Source of the DNA: Burkholderiaceae bacterium
Lineage (GTDB): Bacteria > Pseudomonadota > Gammaproteobacteria > Burkholderiales > Burkholderiaceae_F
DNA length: 60,108 nt
Assembly: GCA_017383055.1 (NCBI GenBank)
Contig: JAFNZB010000264.1
Location: 1 to 60,108 of the forward strand
Direction: 5' to 3'
In this document: positions 58,775 through 60,108 of the stretch, in pieces
Position numbering within the stretch: position 1 is the stretch's first letter
Layout: the number at the start of each line of letters is the position of its first letter
Notes under the pieces: model-generated
Seen by the model: only the letters and a program-made list of their open reading frames with translations
The model's database searches: none
Told to the model about the DNA's origin: nothing
Made by a program: the position numbers and the translations under genes

Positions 58775-59454
58775 GCGACGTTGTGTTGATCGATTCGATA
58801 GAAATTCGTCGAGCATTGATTGTGACTGCGCGTCAAATGAATGCGCTTCGCATCAATGTCAATAAAAGTGGCAATGTTTCCGTTCGCATCACAAGTGAGT
58901 GTGGGCGTGAGGGTTTTTTAATTACCCCGACGGGGATTCCCTATGAAGCGTTGGAGCCTGCGGATTTGGTTTTTATTCCGATGTTCGCTCGAGATCTTTC
59001 TAGTGCGGTCGGTTTACGAAAGGCTTCTAGCGAGTGGGCTTTGCATGCTCGTATTTATGAGAAAAAAGCCTCAGTCAGAGCGATTGTGCACACGCATTCG
59101 GTTTATGCCACGGCGATGGCTTGCCAGGAAATGGCAATACCGGCTTTTCACTACATGGTGGCGACTGCTGGAGGGCAAGAAATTCCTTGTGCACCTTACT
59201 GCACGTTCGGGACCGATGAGTTGGCTGACTCAGCCGCAATCGCTTTAGCTGAACATAAGGCTTGCTTGTTGGCGCATCATGGTGTTGTTGCGACGGGTAA
59301 GGACTTAGATGATGCACTACGTATGGCCGTCGAAGTGGAAAATTTAGCTCAATGCTATTGCATTGCGCGTTCGCTTGGAGAGGTTCCTTTACTATCTAAC
59401 GAAGAGATGGCTCTCAATATTGAGAAATTTAAAACTTACGGAGTTCAAAAATGA
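58771..59454 (+). CDS. Class II aldolase (FucA/Ald2-like; candidate 5-deoxy/5-methylthio-ribulose-1-P aldolase)
   Basis: SGNVSVR, ITPTG, SSEW.LH, VHTHS, PAFHYMVA.AGG, LLAHHG; ATGA-coupled to mtnA. Confidence 0.88.
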   Translation: MSDVVLIDSIEIRRALIVTARQMNALRINVNKSGNVSVRITSECGREGFLITPTGIPYEALEPADLVFIPMFARDLSSAVGLRKASSEWALHARIYEKKASVRAIVHTHSVYATAMACQEMAIPAFHYMVATAGGQEIPCAPYCTFGTDELADSAAIALAEHKACLLAHHGVVATGKDLDDALRMAVEVENLAQCYCIARSLGEVPLLSNEEMALNIEKFKTYGVQK

Positions 59455-59684
59455 CAAAGTCGATTGGCGCTCCTTGTTGGGTCAAACCTGACGGGTCACC
59501 CGTTTCTTGTACGGAGAAGGTAAAGGTGCTCAATGAAAATTATGAGGAACTTCGTGAGGCACTGAAGGATGCATTGGAAGATGCACTTTTGTTAGGGTGT
59601 TCGGAAAAGCAGATTCGTCAAAGTTTCCATGATTTGATCGACGAAATCGAATCGGAAGTAACGGAATCTCAGGTACATCCTTAG
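59451..59684 (+). CDS. Small acidic helical hypothetical protein (77 aa)
   Basis: ATGA overlap with the aldolase stop, GGAG SD upstream; W.KPDGSPVSCTEK.KVLNEN..EL...DALEDA...GC. Confidence 0.75.
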   Translation: MTKSIGAPCWVKPDGSPVSCTEKVKVLNENYEELREALKDALEDALLLGCSEKQIRQSFHDLIDEIESEVTESQVHP

Positions 59685-60108
59685 TGCGCCTTTTCGGTTT
59701 TTGATAACAATAGCCAAAGAGCGACCGATCCGCTCAATGTGGCAATGACATAGAAGCCGTCTTGGTATTGTCCGAGTAGAGTGTGCAATTTGCCGAAAAC
59801 GACTGGCAAGAAAATCGAACCGCCAAAACTAAAAAATAACATCCCGCCGGTGGCAACACCGGCTTTTCCTTTGGGAGCGACTCGGGCCAATTGAGCTAAG
59901 TGGACACCATTCCAGCCGATAGCTGAAGCCCCTAAAGCAAAAGCCACTGTTAAGATAAGCCATGACGGCCATTCAGGGGTAAAGAGCGAGGTGATGATGG
60001 CTAAAGTGGCCATCAAAAACCCTAACAATGACAAAGTCAAACGTGCCGATCGAATCCAATCGGCAAAGACCCCCCAAAAGAGTCGACCGACCATGCCACC
60101 CGCGCTAG
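59681..60108 (-). CDS. MFS transporter, 3' portion (5'-truncated by window edge)
   Basis: GRLFWGVFAD loop motif, several TMs, GWNGV. Confidence 0.8.
   Translation of the reverse strand, partial: SAGGMVGRLFWGVFADWIRSARLTLSLLGFLMATLAIITSLFTPEWPSWLILTVAFALGASAIGWNGVHLAQLARVAPKGKAGVATGGMLFFSFGGSIFLPVVFGKLHTLLGQYQDGFYVIATLSGSVALWLLLSKTEKAH

Noticed and set aside
1-60108. CRISPR arrays, IS elements, prophage genes, rRNA
   Set aside because: No regularly spaced repeats, transposase/integrase motifs, phage structural genes or rRNA sequence seen by eye

Overview
A gene-dense, mostly housekeeping segment of a betaproteobacterial chromosome. Gene order and protein motifs point to Burkholderiales, and a gut Sutterellaceae-like organism is my unverified inference. 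It holds about 55 CDS covering the cell envelope (lpoA-like, slt, 2x lpxL, sppA, ctpA, envC, ftsEX, asmA, lolB, lptABC, kdsCD), translation and RNA modification (rsmI, ttcA, cca, trpS, rlmI, trmL, rsmD, ychF, pth, rplY) and metabolism (folB, metK, dapF, ppx, coaD, prs, ispE, mtnA-aldolase). It also has one tRNA-Gln(UUG), a SAM-II-type riboswitch before metK, a probable L25 leader and many intrinsic terminators. I see no IS, prophage or CRISPR array. The best leads are: (1) a stand-alone FtsK/SpoIIIE-type ATPase whose two conserved arginines are both Trp; (2) an mtnA / class II aldolase (DHAP-shunt-like) operon with a coupled, uncharacterised 77-aa protein and no kinase or phosphorylase; (3) a SAM-II riboswitch with a displaced expression platform; (4) a terminator-like leader before a 2-Cys DksA that follows a COG0523 gene; (5) a radical SAM gene and a DUF523 gene inserted in the rplY-pth-ychF block; (6) a NarXL pair with a diverged ligand box; (7) a 23-bp palindrome repeated exactly at two gene ends; (8) strong TTG/CAA over CTG/CAG codon use. 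No complete novel multi-gene system can be demonstrated from the sequence alone.
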